A stretch of 64,000 bases of DNA from an uncultured cyanobacterium. Its GTDB lineage: Bacteria > Cyanobacteriota > Cyanobacteriia > Pseudanabaenales > Pseudanabaenaceae. Where the stretch lies: the NCBI GenBank assembly GCA_963703315.1, contig OY969811.1, forward strand, positions 3,808,001 to 3,872,000, in the 5' to 3' direction. This document shows positions 1 through 10,242 of this stretch, piece after piece. Every line of letters begins with the position of its first letter. The first letter of the stretch is position 1. The notes beneath the pieces were generated by a model. The model saw only the letters and a list, made by a program, of their open reading frames with translations. It did not search any database and was not told the DNA's origin. The translations under genes were made by a program, and so were the position numbers.

Positions 1-2242
1 ATATGCCTCTGCTATTAGACATATTGATATTTCCGTTCGTACTCGTGATTGTAACATTACCCGAATCCCTACCATTATTAAATTCTAATGCTGTACTTAT
101 AAACCCAGTTTCTATATTTATGTCATCTCTAGCTGATAAGGTTATTGAGCCTGTGATGCCATCACTACCTGAAGCGGCATTAAGCGCCGCATTATTACGC
201 ATAAAGATAGAACCATTTTCGCTTTTTATGCTAATATTCCCAGAATTACCAAGACCTGATAAAGGAGCGGCAGCAGCTCCTGGAAAAGTTTCCACACCAC
301 AAGCTCCTGCGTACAGACTGGTACAATTAAATGAGATATTTCCATTTGCATTGACTAAAACATCGCCACCATTAGCAAAATCAGAAAAAGCACGCAATAG
401 AACACTAACTGTAAAATCTCTCTTAGAATCAATTGTGATATTGCCAGCATTCCCACCTCCTAGACCAAGAGAGACAACATCAATTCCTGCTATTGTAATG
501 TCACCTGCCGTAGTTTTAAGATTGATACTTCCTGCATTACCTTCTGCCCCAAAAGTACGAGCAAGAATAGTACCAGCAGTTATATTTGCTGCTTCTATTG
601 TAATATTTCTTCCTCTAGCTTGCAAATAGCTATTCGAGGGCATCGAAAAAGTTCCTCCTGCTGCTTTAAAATTTACTAAGCCAGTTCCAGTTTGAAAAGT
701 TAATACTGGAGAAAGACCTATATTTGACTCAACTAAAGATTCAGTAAGGGGTCCAATCGTAATATTATTGGTTGCTTCAAGAATAATATTTTGGTTTGAA
801 GCTAATGCTTCAAGTGTTGCTTGGCTAATAGTGATAGTTCCAGAAAGATCGGTTTCAAAAATATCAGGCAAGCCTCCATCTATAACTGGAACACCTGCTG
901 AATCAAGCACATTATTTGCAATAATAATATTGTCAGGATCGAGCAATAATGTACCTCCTTTTCCGATCGCTGCATTAAGATCGACTTTTCCATCAAAAAC
1001 AAGATTCTGTTTACCTGAAACCTCAACAAAACCACCATCACCAGAAATTGCTCCCCCACGCGCACTAATACTTCCAAAAAACCTCGCCGCATTATCCGCC
1101 CATACAATTACTCTCCCTCCATTACCAGACTGCAACGCATCCGCCTTAATCGTCGAATCTGCACTCACAAAAGTCATCAACGCATTCGGGATTACTCCCT
1201 TACCCTGAAAATCCCCACCAATAAATACCGAGCCACCACCATTCACACCCGAAGCATCGATATTTGCACTCACTAAACCAACGCGATCGCCTAATATCTG
1301 AATCTTAGGCGTAACTTGAGAAGGATTAACCACAGTCGAAGCAACCGACACATTCCCACTCACGATCGCAGTTCCCGCCGTATTCGGAATCACCGTCTGT
1401 GAATTGGTTAATTGCGCTTGCCCCTGACTATTCAGCGATATACCCGAACTACTATCCAGCTTGCCAGTAGTTAACAAACTGGGCAGATCCAAAGCTTTAA
1501 CTGGTAAGTCATTGCCTTGAGCATCCTTTGGTTGTGGAAACTCAAAACTTAACCCCTCCACCCCGACATTTAGCCGCAACCGACCATCAGGTATAGCGAC
1601 AATGCCAACCGAACCATTAGGCGCAGAGATGGTTCCCGTATTCACCACAGTTGACGCGGCAAGAGTTACCGACTTGCCCTCATCAACTGTCAGATTGCCA
1701 GAGTTAACGATCGCAGCAGGATTATTCGGATCAAACTCTAAACCAGTCAGGTTGCCTGTCAGATTGCTGTAATTAGGATTATAAATATCCAGATTGCGAT
1801 CGCCAAACCAAGCAGTTCTCGCTGTCGATGCTGTGAAACTCCCATTAACATTTAGTTGAGCATTATTACCAAAAATGAAACCCGCAGGATTTAACAGATA
1901 TAAATTCGCATTCGAGCCTGTCACCTGAATAGTGCCATTAATCACCGAAGGATCGCCCCCAGTCACCCCACCAAGTATATTCTGCACCTGTGGCAACACT
2001 ACAAAATTAGCCGTTTGACCAGTCTGGACATTAAACCCTTGGAAACTGTGAAAGACATTTGCGCCATTTCCTGACGTAGTTCCGCCCCTAATATCAATCC
2101 GATCTCCATTTGGCAAAACTACCGTTCCCGTTCCGTTATTTGCAGGCACGATCTGCACTTGCGCGATCGCAGGCAAAGCTTGAAAAATTTGTAAAGAAAA
2201 TGCAACAAATAAAACCCGAAGCCCATTCATAGCTAAGCGCAT
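1..2242 (-). CDS. Filamentous haemagglutinin-family (TpsA) exoprotein; 3' end runs off the window
   Basis: Absent from the ORF track, consistent with no stop in the window. Manual translation from ATG 2242: signal peptide MRLAMNGLRVLFVAFSLQIFQALPAIAQ, then TPS/Haemagg_act motifs NVFHSFQGFNV, NILGGVTGG, LYLLNPAGFIFG. The same frame reads as G/N-rich beta-helix-like sequence at the left edge. Confidence 0.92.
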   Translation of the reverse strand, partial: MRLAMNGLRVLFVAFSLQIFQALPAIAQVQIVPANNGTGTVVLPNGDRIDIRGGTTSGNGANVFHSFQGFNVQTGQTANFVVLPQVQNILGGVTGGDPSVINGTIQVTGSNANLYLLNPAGFIFGNNAQLNVNGSFTASTARTAWFGDRNLDIYNPNYSNLTGNLTGLEFDPNNPAAIVNSGNLTVDEGKSVTLAASTVVNTGTISAPNGSVGIVAIPDGRLRLNVGVEGLSFEFPQPKDAQGNDLPVKALDLPSLLTTGKLDSSSGISLNSQGQAQLTNSQTVIPNTAGTAIVSGNVSVASTVVNPSQVTPKIQILGDRVGLVSANIDASGVNGGGSVFIGGDFQGKGVIPNALMTFVSADSTIKADALQSGNGGRVIVWADNAARFFGSISARGGAISGDGGFVEVSGKQNLVFDGKVDLNAAIGKGGTLLLDPDNIIIANNVLDSAGVPVIDGGLPDIFETDLSGTITISQATLEALASNQNIILEATNNITIGPLTESLVESNIGLSPVLTFQTGTGLVNFKAAGGTFSMPSNSYLQARGRNITIEAANITAGTILARTFGAEGNAGSINLKTTAGDITIAGIDVVSLGLGGGNAGNITIDSKRDFTVSVLLRAFSDFANGGDVLVNANGNISFNCTSLYAGACGVETFPGAAAAPLSGLGNSGNISIKSENGSIFMRNNAALNAASGSDGITGSITLSARDDINIETGFISTALEFNNGRDSGNVTITSTNGNINMSNSRGI

Positions 2243-2447
2243 AGATCCTATCCCTGATTCACTTAAGCCCTAAATTACTCAAAAATCATATAAATCCAGC
2301 TTTTGAACTTAAATCTATATTTTTCTGATTAATTGGCTAGCAATATATAGCAAAAAGGTGTATAAATCACGCACTTACCGACAATTTTTTTGGGATTGTC
2401 AGTTTAAGTCAGTAAAAAGCATTTATCTTAGGGGCGAAAGTCAGTCT

Positions 2448-4154
2448 ATGTTGTTCACTAAGCTTATATCTAAAGCTATATTTAAGATTCATGTATTCGT
2501 GATCACGATTTTTTGTGGCGGGAGTTTGAGTGTTGGAATCACGTCAACGGCGATCGCGCAATCAAACTTAGATCATCCAAAAACAGATAATGAAGCTTTT
2601 ACCATTACTGATGTCATCTTCAGAACTGAAAAAGGCGAAAGTCAAATTTATACAGACTACGATTGGGAACCATATAGGAGAGCAATCCGATGGAAAGATG
2701 ACATGACCAAGGCAAAGATAGATATTATTCTGAATCAACTAATTACCGACCTTTATCTTAATAAAGGGTACATAACCTCTAGAGCCACAATTCAACTAAA
2801 GAACATTTACCTCCCTACAAGGACTGCCACCATAGAAATAATCGAAGGAGGCTTATGCAAAATTAAGTGGGATGAGTCACAACCAACAACACGGTTGAAC
2901 AGAAACTATATTCTTGATCGCATTCAAATTCCTAATACTATTCCCCTCAATATCAACCGACTTGAAGATCAACTCCGACTTTTAAAAAATGATCCCCAAA
3001 TTGAAAATGCTGAGTTCACCATTGAACCAGCCGCAAATGAGCCAAATTGTCAGAACCCACTAATTAAACCAGAAAGAAGTTCCAATATCTTGGTTCGAGT
3101 AAAAGAAGCAAATCCTTTAAGTATTAGTACTTCCATAAATAACTACTCACCACCCAGTGTCGGCGGAGAGCAGATAGGCGTAAATGCTAGTCATCAGAAT
3201 CTTACAGGAATTGGCGATCGCCTTAGTCTTAGCTACAATCGCTCCTTTACAGGTGGCTCTAATATCTATGACTTCAGCTATTCAACACCGATAAACCCCA
3301 TGAATGGCTCTCTCAATTTGCGAACAGCACTTACCCGTAGTACAATTACAGAAGTTCCATTTGATCGGTTTGGCATTGCCGCCAAATCCCAACTCTACGA
3401 AATTCAATATCGCCAACCCTTCATCCGTTCATTCGTTGAAGAATTTGCCCTTTCCTTTGGATTCACCGCCAAAGATGGACAGACATTTTTATTTAACAAT
3501 CTCGCCACTCCCTTTGGCTTTGGAGCGGATGTTAATGGCATCACCCGCACCAGCGTATTCACCTTTGGACAAGACTATCTCAAGCGTGACGAACAAGGAG
3601 CTTGGTTCTTTCAGTCAGCCTTTAAATTAGGAACAGGATTAGTAAATTCCACAATCAATGCTGCCCCTATCCCTGATAGCCGTTTTTTAAATTGGAACCT
3701 TCAAGGTCAGCGCTGGCAAAAAATAAATGACGATAATCTCTTGATCCTCCAAGCCGATCTGCAATTAACACCAGATAGCCTCTTACCATCAGAGCAATTT
3801 ATCGTTGGTGGTGGACAAACCCTCAGAGGCTACCGCCAAAGTGCCAGATCTGGCGACAATGGATTTCGTTTTTCTGCGGAAAATCGAGTCACGCTACAAC
3901 GCAACGGTGCAGGACAACCAACTTTTCAGATTGCACCATTCTTTAATATGGGTTCCGTTTGGAATCGGGACGATAATCCTAATTTTTTAATAGGTCAAAA
4001 CTTTTTAATGAGTCTTGGCACGGGGCTGATTTGGGAACCTTTCAAAAATCTAAATATGCGCTTTGACTATGCAATTCCTATCACAGCGATCGAAGATCGC
4101 AAAAATAATCTCCAAGATCAGGGGCTTAACTTTAGCTTTAACTATAAATTTTAG
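2448..4154 (+). CDS. ShlB/FhaC/HecB family (TpsB/Omp85) outer-membrane transporter
   Basis: POTRA-like YLNKGYITSRA, LRGY (VRGY-type) motif, C-terminal Phe; divergent from tpsA. Start ATG 2448 preferred over track start 2358. Confidence 0.9.
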   Translation: MLFTKLISKAIFKIHVFVITIFCGGSLSVGITSTAIAQSNLDHPKTDNEAFTITDVIFRTEKGESQIYTDYDWEPYRRAIRWKDDMTKAKIDIILNQLITDLYLNKGYITSRATIQLKNIYLPTRTATIEIIEGGLCKIKWDESQPTTRLNRNYILDRIQIPNTIPLNINRLEDQLRLLKNDPQIENAEFTIEPAANEPNCQNPLIKPERSSNILVRVKEANPLSISTSINNYSPPSVGGEQIGVNASHQNLTGIGDRLSLSYNRSFTGGSNIYDFSYSTPINPMNGSLNLRTALTRSTITEVPFDRFGIAAKSQLYEIQYRQPFIRSFVEEFALSFGFTAKDGQTFLFNNLATPFGFGADVNGITRTSVFTFGQDYLKRDEQGAWFFQSAFKLGTGLVNSTINAAPIPDSRFLNWNLQGQRWQKINDDNLLILQADLQLTPDSLLPSEQFIVGGGQTLRGYRQSARSGDNGFRFSAENRVTLQRNGAGQPTFQIAPFFNMGSVWNRDDNPNFLIGQNFLMSLGTGLIWEPFKNLNMRFDYAIPITAIEDRKNNLQDQGLNFSFNYKF

Positions 4155-4161
4155 AATGTGA

Positions 4162-5673
4162 CTACTTTTTCTTGCCTCCTTTGTCTTTTTTTGATGGAGG
4201 CTCACGATTAAGGGTTGGTAAAACTTGCTCATCAGGTCTTAGTTCAAGCGCCTTGGCAAAGGCAGCGATCGCCTCTTGCTCACGCCCAAGACTTCTTAGT
4301 AATAAGCCCTTTGCACCCCAAGCATCAGCACTTTTGGGATCTAATTTGATTGCTTCTTCTATTTTGGCTAAAGCTTCTTGAGGCTTATTATTACGATTGA
4401 GAATCAATGCTTGAGCAAGCAATTCTTCGATAGATAAAGGCGAAGATGCAGGGCTTGGCGATGCCGTAGCGCTTGGTGTTGGCACTGGCAATGGAGGCGT
4501 AGGCAAAACAACTGGAGGCGTAGGCAAAACAACTGGAGGCGTAGGCAAGACTGGTGGCGTGGGATTATTAGTAAGTTCGGGGGCATTTTTTGCCGACTTA
4601 CCAATGAGCATCATGAGCATTAATAGAAGTAATAGTGCGCCGCCACCAGCAATCCACATCCAAATTGGAAATGTACGAATTGGTGATGATGGGGTAAAGC
4701 CGACAGTGTGGAGTTGACTAGGATGCTCATCTTGAGAATAGGGAGATTGCGGTACAACCTGTGTAGCTGTGATGATCGTTGCGGCATTACTGTTGAGGTT
4801 GCGATTACTCGCATTCAGGACAGTTGGTAATTCATGTTCGGAAATACTGGGCAAAGCGACGATCGCCTCTAGCACCTCTGAAGCAGTTTGATAACGCTGA
4901 CGAAAATCGTAGCGGATCATTTTGTCGAGAATATCCAGAAATTGGGGTGAGTAATTACCCTGTACGCGATCGCGCCACATTAATTCAGCAGTGTCAGGAT
5001 TTTCGGTAAATAGGCGTGGCTCTGCGCCTGTAATTGCTTGGATGCCCATCATCCCCACCGCATAAATGTCGCTACTAAAGCGCGGTTTGCCATTAAGCTG
5101 CTCGATCGGCATATAACCGGGGGAACCGATCGCGATTGTTAGATTTGTATTGCCTTGTGGATCGACAGCAAGACTACCTATTTCCTTCACTGCCCCAAAA
5201 TCGATCAGGACAATCTTGTGATCAGAGTTCCGTCGAATCAAGTTAGCTGGTTTGATATCCCGATGCACCACCCCGCGCTCATGGACATACACTAATATTT
5301 CTAAAACTTCTTTGAGCAAGGCGATCGCTACCACTTCAGGCGATCGCTTACCATTACATACTTCTCCAGTGAGATCCTTGCCATCAGCAAATTCCTGCAC
5401 TAAATAAAATTCTTCGCCTTCTTGAAAGTGAGCGAGCAAACGCGGAATGCGATCGTGAGATCCTAATGAGTAGAGCATCTCTGCTTCTTGATCGAAGAGT
5501 CTCTTGGCAGTTTCCAACACAAAAGGCTCATTTGATATGGGCTTGAGTTGCTTCACCACACAGGTAGGATGTGTCGGCAAATCAATGTCTTCAGCCAGAT
5601 AGGTCTGTCCAAAACCACCACCACCAAGGTGGCTAATAATCTTGTAATGCCCTCTAAGTACTGTGTTTAACAC
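4162..5673 (-). CDS. Ser/Thr protein kinase with TM helix, Pro-rich linker and C-terminal TPR
   Basis: GGGGFG, VVKQL, HRDIKPAN, DFG motifs. Likely start GTG 5673; the track's longer N-terminus overlaps a palindrome. Confidence 0.92.
   Translation of the reverse strand: MLNTVLRGHYKIISHLGGGGFGQTYLAEDIDLPTHPTCVVKQLKPISNEPFVLETAKRLFDQEAEMLYSLGSHDRIPRLLAHFQEGEEFYLVQEFADGKDLTGEVCNGKRSPEVVAIALLKEVLEILVYVHERGVVHRDIKPANLIRRNSDHKIVLIDFGAVKEIGSLAVDPQGNTNLTIAIGSPGYMPIEQLNGKPRFSSDIYAVGMMGIQAITGAEPRLFTENPDTAELMWRDRVQGNYSPQFLDILDKMIRYDFRQRYQTASEVLEAIVALPSISEHELPTVLNASNRNLNSNAATIITATQVVPQSPYSQDEHPSQLHTVGFTPSSPIRTFPIWMWIAGGGALLLLLMLMMLIGKSAKNAPELTNNPTPPVLPTPPVVLPTPPVVLPTPPLPVPTPSATASPSPASSPLSIEELLAQALILNRNNKPQEALAKIEEAIKLDPKSADAWGAKGLLLRSLGREQEAIAAFAKALELRPDEQVLPTLNREPPSKKDKGGKKK
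4492..4560. repeat. 21-bp coding tandem repeat encoding (PTPPVVL)n linker
   Basis: TGGAGGCGTAGGCAAAACAAC x2 plus degenerate copies. Confidence 0.9.
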
Positions 5674-5761
5674 ATTTTTTGCCGTAAATAATCTATAGGT
5701 TATTATCGCAAAGACTAGCTGATTAAACCCCAGCAAAATAAATGATTGTATAGCAGTAAAT

Positions 5762-5814
5762 ATAAAACCCATGTGAGTTACGGTGCTTCGCACCGTAACT
5801 CACATGGGTTTTAT
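5762..5814. repeat. Perfect palindrome, 25-bp arms, GC-TTC-GC centre
   Basis: ATAAAACCCATGTGAGTTACGGTGC-TTC-GCACCGTAACTCACATGGGTTTTAT. Confidence 0.95.
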
Positions 5815-5830
5815 GTCTTAAATTAAGCGA

Positions 5831-6505
5831 TTACAAATATTTTGCCCAAATATCAACCACCTCTTGAGAGCCATACCACTTACCCGATCGCGGTGAATGA
5901 TAGACACCATCGATCGCCATATTCGTAGCTCCATCCAAATACGCAGCTTCAATGGGAATGATTCCATCACCCCATACATCGCCTTGACCAATAGTCAGTT
6001 CATAACTACTATAGGCAAGCCATTTTTTAGGCGTAGATTTTGCGCCTTGTACAGCATTTCCTGCGATACAGATATATTCAATATCATCATAAAAAGCATC
6101 AGGATAATGATCATTGACAAAGCCTAAATTTGGCAATGACCAAGGCTCAAGGCTGCGTTGGGGTGTGCCTAGACAAACTAGTTTGGCAACTTTAGAACGT
6201 GCATTCCACACTTTGTCGTAATAGGGGCGATCGCCTAGATAAATGCGGGAGAGCCATCCCCCTGCGGAATGGGCGATGATATTAACCTTTGATGCACCTG
6301 TTTTGGCTAATTCTTGATTTACGGTTTGGTCAAGTTTTTCTAAGATGGGGGCGATTGATCGCCCGCCAACAGTCGGAACCCAATCCCACCATTTCAAAGG
6401 AACCACCGTTGCTGATAAATTTTTATTTTCTAATTTCTTGGTGATCGGGATGTAGTCAGATGCCCCCGCGAGATAGCCAGCCAGAATAATATTTGGAGTA
6501 GTCAT
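5831..6505 (-). CDS. Alpha/beta hydrolase (lipase/esterase-like)
   Basis: AHSAGG nucleophile elbow, LGTP, GDGIIP, H motif. Confidence 0.85.
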   Translation of the reverse strand: MTTPNIILAGYLAGASDYIPITKKLENKNLSATVVPLKWWDWVPTVGGRSIAPILEKLDQTVNQELAKTGASKVNIIAHSAGGWLSRIYLGDRPYYDKVWNARSKVAKLVCLGTPQRSLEPWSLPNLGFVNDHYPDAFYDDIEYICIAGNAVQGAKSTPKKWLAYSSYELTIGQGDVWGDGIIPIEAAYLDGATNMAIDGVYHSPRSGKWYGSQEVVDIWAKYL

Positions 6506-6589
6506 ATAAAGCCCAGAATATATAAAGATACTTTACTTCGTGGCAATGTGGAAGCGCACACCTTCGGGGTAGGCTTCCACATTGCTAGA

Positions 6590-6793
6590 TTACTTTTCGT
6601 CAGGACGCTGACTCAGACAACTACCGCCCCGTGCTGCATTGCGAAAGGTTTGCACAACTTCAACGGTATTAATATGACCACAATAGGGACAGTAAACTTG
6701 TTCACCAATTTGTGGCTCAATGTCGGCGCGGCTCCACCATTTATTACAGCGATCGCAATGAAAGTGATACAGAAATTCGAGGGAAACTTTCAT
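6590..6793 (-). CDS. Small Zn-ribbon protein
   Basis: CxxC...CPxCG; start overlaps the stop of the upstream Uma2 gene. Confidence 0.7.
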   Translation of the reverse strand: MKVSLEFLYHFHCDRCNKWWSRADIEPQIGEQVYCPYCGHINTVEVVQTFRNAARGGSCLSQRPDEK

Positions 6794-7383
6794 AGGCTTG
6801 AGCGAAATGATTGCCGAAATGTCTTTAAGGCTTCAAGAGGTGATGCACTTAGAATACAGCGCTGTAATGTTGCCATGTCGAGATTGGGCAGAAATTTGCT
6901 AGTTGAGGATTTGCGGTACTGGCGATCGCTTTGAGTATCTAGATGATAAATATCAAGCACTCCATCCTCCCATAGCCAAACTTCAGGAACTCCAAGCAAA
7001 TAATATTTTTTTAATTTCTCTGTATTGCCACTGGTCAAAATTACTTCTATGGCTAGATCAGGAATCTTTTTCGGGCTACCAAAGCTATAGGACTCATCGG
7101 GTTGCAAAGAGACTTGTTCTACTTTTTCTTGAGTGGCTTGCCCCATCGGGAAAAACTCAATTTCCATTTCTAGAAAATATAGTTCCAGTAATGCGCCAAT
7201 GATCGTTTTAATTAGCTCATGATCAATTGAAGTGGACACAATCTCTAAAATACCTTCGTAATAGGCTAGACGAATCCCTCGTGAATCAGCAAAACCGCGT
7301 TGAATCAGCTTGAACTGTTCCCATGTAATTAGGGTTTGTTCAATTCGGACTTCGGGCTGTGGTTTAGATTTGGTTAGTAGCAT
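6790..7383 (-). CDS. Uma2 family endonuclease (DUF820)
   Basis: QPDESY, PDLAIEV, LGVPEVW. Confidence 0.9.
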   Translation of the reverse strand: MLLTKSKPQPEVRIEQTLITWEQFKLIQRGFADSRGIRLAYYEGILEIVSTSIDHELIKTIIGALLELYFLEMEIEFFPMGQATQEKVEQVSLQPDESYSFGSPKKIPDLAIEVILTSGNTEKLKKYYLLGVPEVWLWEDGVLDIYHLDTQSDRQYRKSSTSKFLPNLDMATLQRCILSASPLEALKTFRQSFRSSL

Positions 7384-7427
7384 TTTGATATCCCAACTAA
7401 TTAATTAAAAAGACACTTCGTGTCTTT

Positions 7428-8336
7428 TTAATTAATGGATTCGCGATAGGCGGCATATACGCCTTTGACGTTGTACCAATTTAAGAAAATTCTAGCGATT
7501 TCTAGGGCGAGTTGGGGCTTGCCTTGATTGATTAGCCATTGCAGTAATGGACGTAGCGATCGCTCATTGAGCAAACCACCGAGCGACAAAACGCCCCACA
7601 ACACCACATGAATCCATGTCATTTGGATCATCATCTTCACTTCCCATGTGGGATGTTTTTGATAGAAGACAACACCCATGCGTCCGCGTTGGGCTTCGAC
7701 ATCGACAAGGCGAGGTAATTGCTCAATCGTAAAGGCGGGATGCCAATGGTAACCGACAGCATCAGGACATTTAATTAGTTTTAATCCTAGATTTTTGAGA
7801 CGGACACCTAGTTCTAAATCTTCCCAGCCATATTGACGGAAACTGGTATCAAACTTGCCTGCCTCAATTAACCAATGCTTCGCGATCGCCACATTCCCCG
7901 TCGCAAAAAAAGCATTGGATAGATCGGTAATCTTGATTGGCTCCGAAGTGGGATCTTCAAAATTGCTGGTATTAATCACCCGTCCGTAGGTAAAGGCGCG
8001 ATCGATACCTGCCAGAGCTTTGGCATGGGATGACAAAAATACAGGCGTGACCACCAGATCACTATCAATAAATACAATTGTGTCGCCTTGGGCTACATCG
8101 ATACCTGTATTTCTAGCGATCGCTGCACCCTCATGGTTTTGCTGAAACAGGCGCACATGGGGAAACTCGCTCGTATGGCTTTGCAAAAATTCCACCGTGC
8201 CATCAGTGGAGCCATCATCAACGACCACAATTTCGTAAGGCTGTGTAAAATCTTGAGCTTCCATTGCTTGCAAACATTTTTGCAAGATCGGTAAGCGATT
8301 GTAAGTTGGGATAATAATTGACCACATACCTCCCAT
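7428..8336 (-). CDS. Glycosyltransferase family 2
   Basis: IIIPTYN, VDDGSTDG, FIDSD, GWEDLE. Confidence 0.92.
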   Translation of the reverse strand: MGGMWSIIIPTYNRLPILQKCLQAMEAQDFTQPYEIVVVDDGSTDGTVEFLQSHTSEFPHVRLFQQNHEGAAIARNTGIDVAQGDTIVFIDSDLVVTPVFLSSHAKALAGIDRAFTYGRVINTSNFEDPTSEPIKITDLSNAFFATGNVAIAKHWLIEAGKFDTSFRQYGWEDLELGVRLKNLGLKLIKCPDAVGYHWHPAFTIEQLPRLVDVEAQRGRMGVVFYQKHPTWEVKMMIQMTWIHVVLWGVLSLGGLLNERSLRPLLQWLINQGKPQLALEIARIFLNWYNVKGVYAAYRESIN

Positions 8337-8370
8337 TATAAAAAAATAGGACGCTTTGCGTCCTATTTTT

Positions 8371-9993
8371 TTAATTCCGTGATTGTTGCCAAGATTGCCA
8401 GAGAGTCAGTCCGCCAACATAGCCATAGCTCAAGGCATACAGCACCATAAAGGGCAAGGTGACATATAGTCCTTTGCTGAGTGCCAAGATTGCGGCGATC
8501 GCACTGTAAACACATAGGCAAAGCTCGATCGCGGCAGTGGCATCGAGGGGAATCTTATACGCCTTATTGTCCCAGCGATCGCTCTTGTGCTTAATGTCAA
8601 ACTTCGGTGTGCGGCGGAAATTTGCGCCTGTATTCGACAAACCTGCAAACACTGCCCGACTGTTACTCCAAGAAATGCCTGTACCAAGAACTGCTAATAG
8701 GAAAATCCGACCGAGGCGGCGATGCCAAGATTGAGGATATAAATCACGCTGAGCATGGAAGTATAAAAATGGAGGACCAAAGGTGGCAGGTAGCATAAAG
8801 ATCGACCAAATTCCTTCCAAGGAAACGCGCATGGCGATCGCATTGTCAGGGGTAAGCAACATCAGAGGCACTGATAACAGAACTAAGAGCAGCATCAAAG
8901 GATGTGCCGAATATCCTGTCAAATGCATCGTGGCTTGAAATTTCACAGCCAGACTCAGATCGGCTTGCCAAATTTGAGCAATTAATTTCTTTGCACATTG
9001 AATGCTGCCCTTTGCCCAGCGAAATTGCTGCAATTTAAAGGCGAGCATAGCAACAGGCAATTCCGCAGGCGCAACAATATCGTTGTCGTACACAACTTGC
9101 CAACCCTTGAGTTGAGCGCGATAGCTCAAGTCCATATCTTCCGCTAAGGTGTTGGCGTGCCAACCACCTGCATCAATAATTGCCTGACGATTCCAAATAC
9201 CCGCCGTACCGTTGAAGTTTAAAAAATAGCCATTATTGGAGCGAGCTTGCTGTTCGATCGCAAAATGTCCATCAATGCCCGTTGATTGCAATTTGGTAAG
9301 TAAGGAATATTCCGAATTAACATGTCCCCAACGGGTTTGCACCACTGCAACTTTGGCATCAGGATTATTCACATAATGACGGATCGTATCTTTGAGCCAG
9401 TTAGGAGAAGGAATAAAATCCGCATCAAAAATTGCAATGTAATTTCCCTGCACAAGCGGCATCGCATCTTGCAAAGCCCCTGCTTTAAAGCCAGTACGAT
9501 TGACACGATGAATATATTCAATCCAAAAGCCCTGATGTTGGTACTGTTGGACAGTCTCGCTAAGAATGGCTTGTGTGTCATCAATCGAGTCATCCAATAC
9601 CTGAATTTGCATCCGATCGCGAGGATAGTCGATCTGACAAACGGCATCAACCAAACGGCGCGACACATAGCGCTCATTAAAAATTGGTAGCTGCACGGTC
9701 ACAATCGGCAAATCTTCTAAAGCGATCGCATGATGCTCAGGGGGATCGACAGCCAAAACATAACTAGTAAAACTATTTAGAGGTTTGTCGAGGCGAAATT
9801 GATCGAAGTTATCAAAATTATTGACAGCGATCGCCCCTGAACCTGTTGATGCAGTGGCTTGAACTGTTTGGTATTCTCGCGCAGGACTAAGTTTAGGGAA
9901 AACAAGCTGTTTTCTCTGAGAACGTTGAGGCTTATGGATCATAGTGAGCCAATAAGCATTTAGCCCATACAGTAGTAGCCAAAGTGCTGCCAC
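8371..9993 (-). CDS. Processive GT2 (cellulose synthase-like) membrane glycosyltransferase
   Basis: D,D,D,QxxRW signature (LDDS, FDAD, AED, QQFRW), FKAGAL, C-terminal TM helices; true start may lie upstream (see findings). Confidence 0.9.
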   Translation of the reverse strand: MAALWLLLYGLNAYWLTMIHKPQRSQRKQLVFPKLSPAREYQTVQATASTGSGAIAVNNFDNFDQFRLDKPLNSFTSYVLAVDPPEHHAIALEDLPIVTVQLPIFNERYVSRRLVDAVCQIDYPRDRMQIQVLDDSIDDTQAILSETVQQYQHQGFWIEYIHRVNRTGFKAGALQDAMPLVQGNYIAIFDADFIPSPNWLKDTIRHYVNNPDAKVAVVQTRWGHVNSEYSLLTKLQSTGIDGHFAIEQQARSNNGYFLNFNGTAGIWNRQAIIDAGGWHANTLAEDMDLSYRAQLKGWQVVYDNDIVAPAELPVAMLAFKLQQFRWAKGSIQCAKKLIAQIWQADLSLAVKFQATMHLTGYSAHPLMLLLVLLSVPLMLLTPDNAIAMRVSLEGIWSIFMLPATFGPPFLYFHAQRDLYPQSWHRRLGRIFLLAVLGTGISWSNSRAVFAGLSNTGANFRRTPKFDIKHKSDRWDNKAYKIPLDATAAIELCLCVYSAIAAILALSKGLYVTLPFMVLYALSYGYVGGLTLWQSWQQSRN

Positions 9994-10242
9994 AGCATTG
10001 AGGGCGGCTAGGATCGATATTAGTATCAGAATGACTCTTGACTCCTTCTTACCACACGAAGCACTAATCTTAAAAATTGGTTAAGCAAGCAAAACTAACA
10101 TACTTAAAGAAAAGCACACTAAGAAATATTACGATGCTTATTCTGTATTTGTAGAAAAATTTACGATTTGCCGCTAAGTATTTATACACCTATCCATAAT
10201 CCCACATCTAAAAAAGAAGGGGCGCAAAGCACCCCTTCTTTT

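Noticed and set aside
3..1208. Plus-strand ORFs 3-629 and 768-1208
   Set aside because: Antisense shadows of the tpsA reading frame
5674..5793. 40-aa N-terminal extension of the kinase
   Set aside because: Starts inside a palindrome; the kinase domain begins right after GTG 5673
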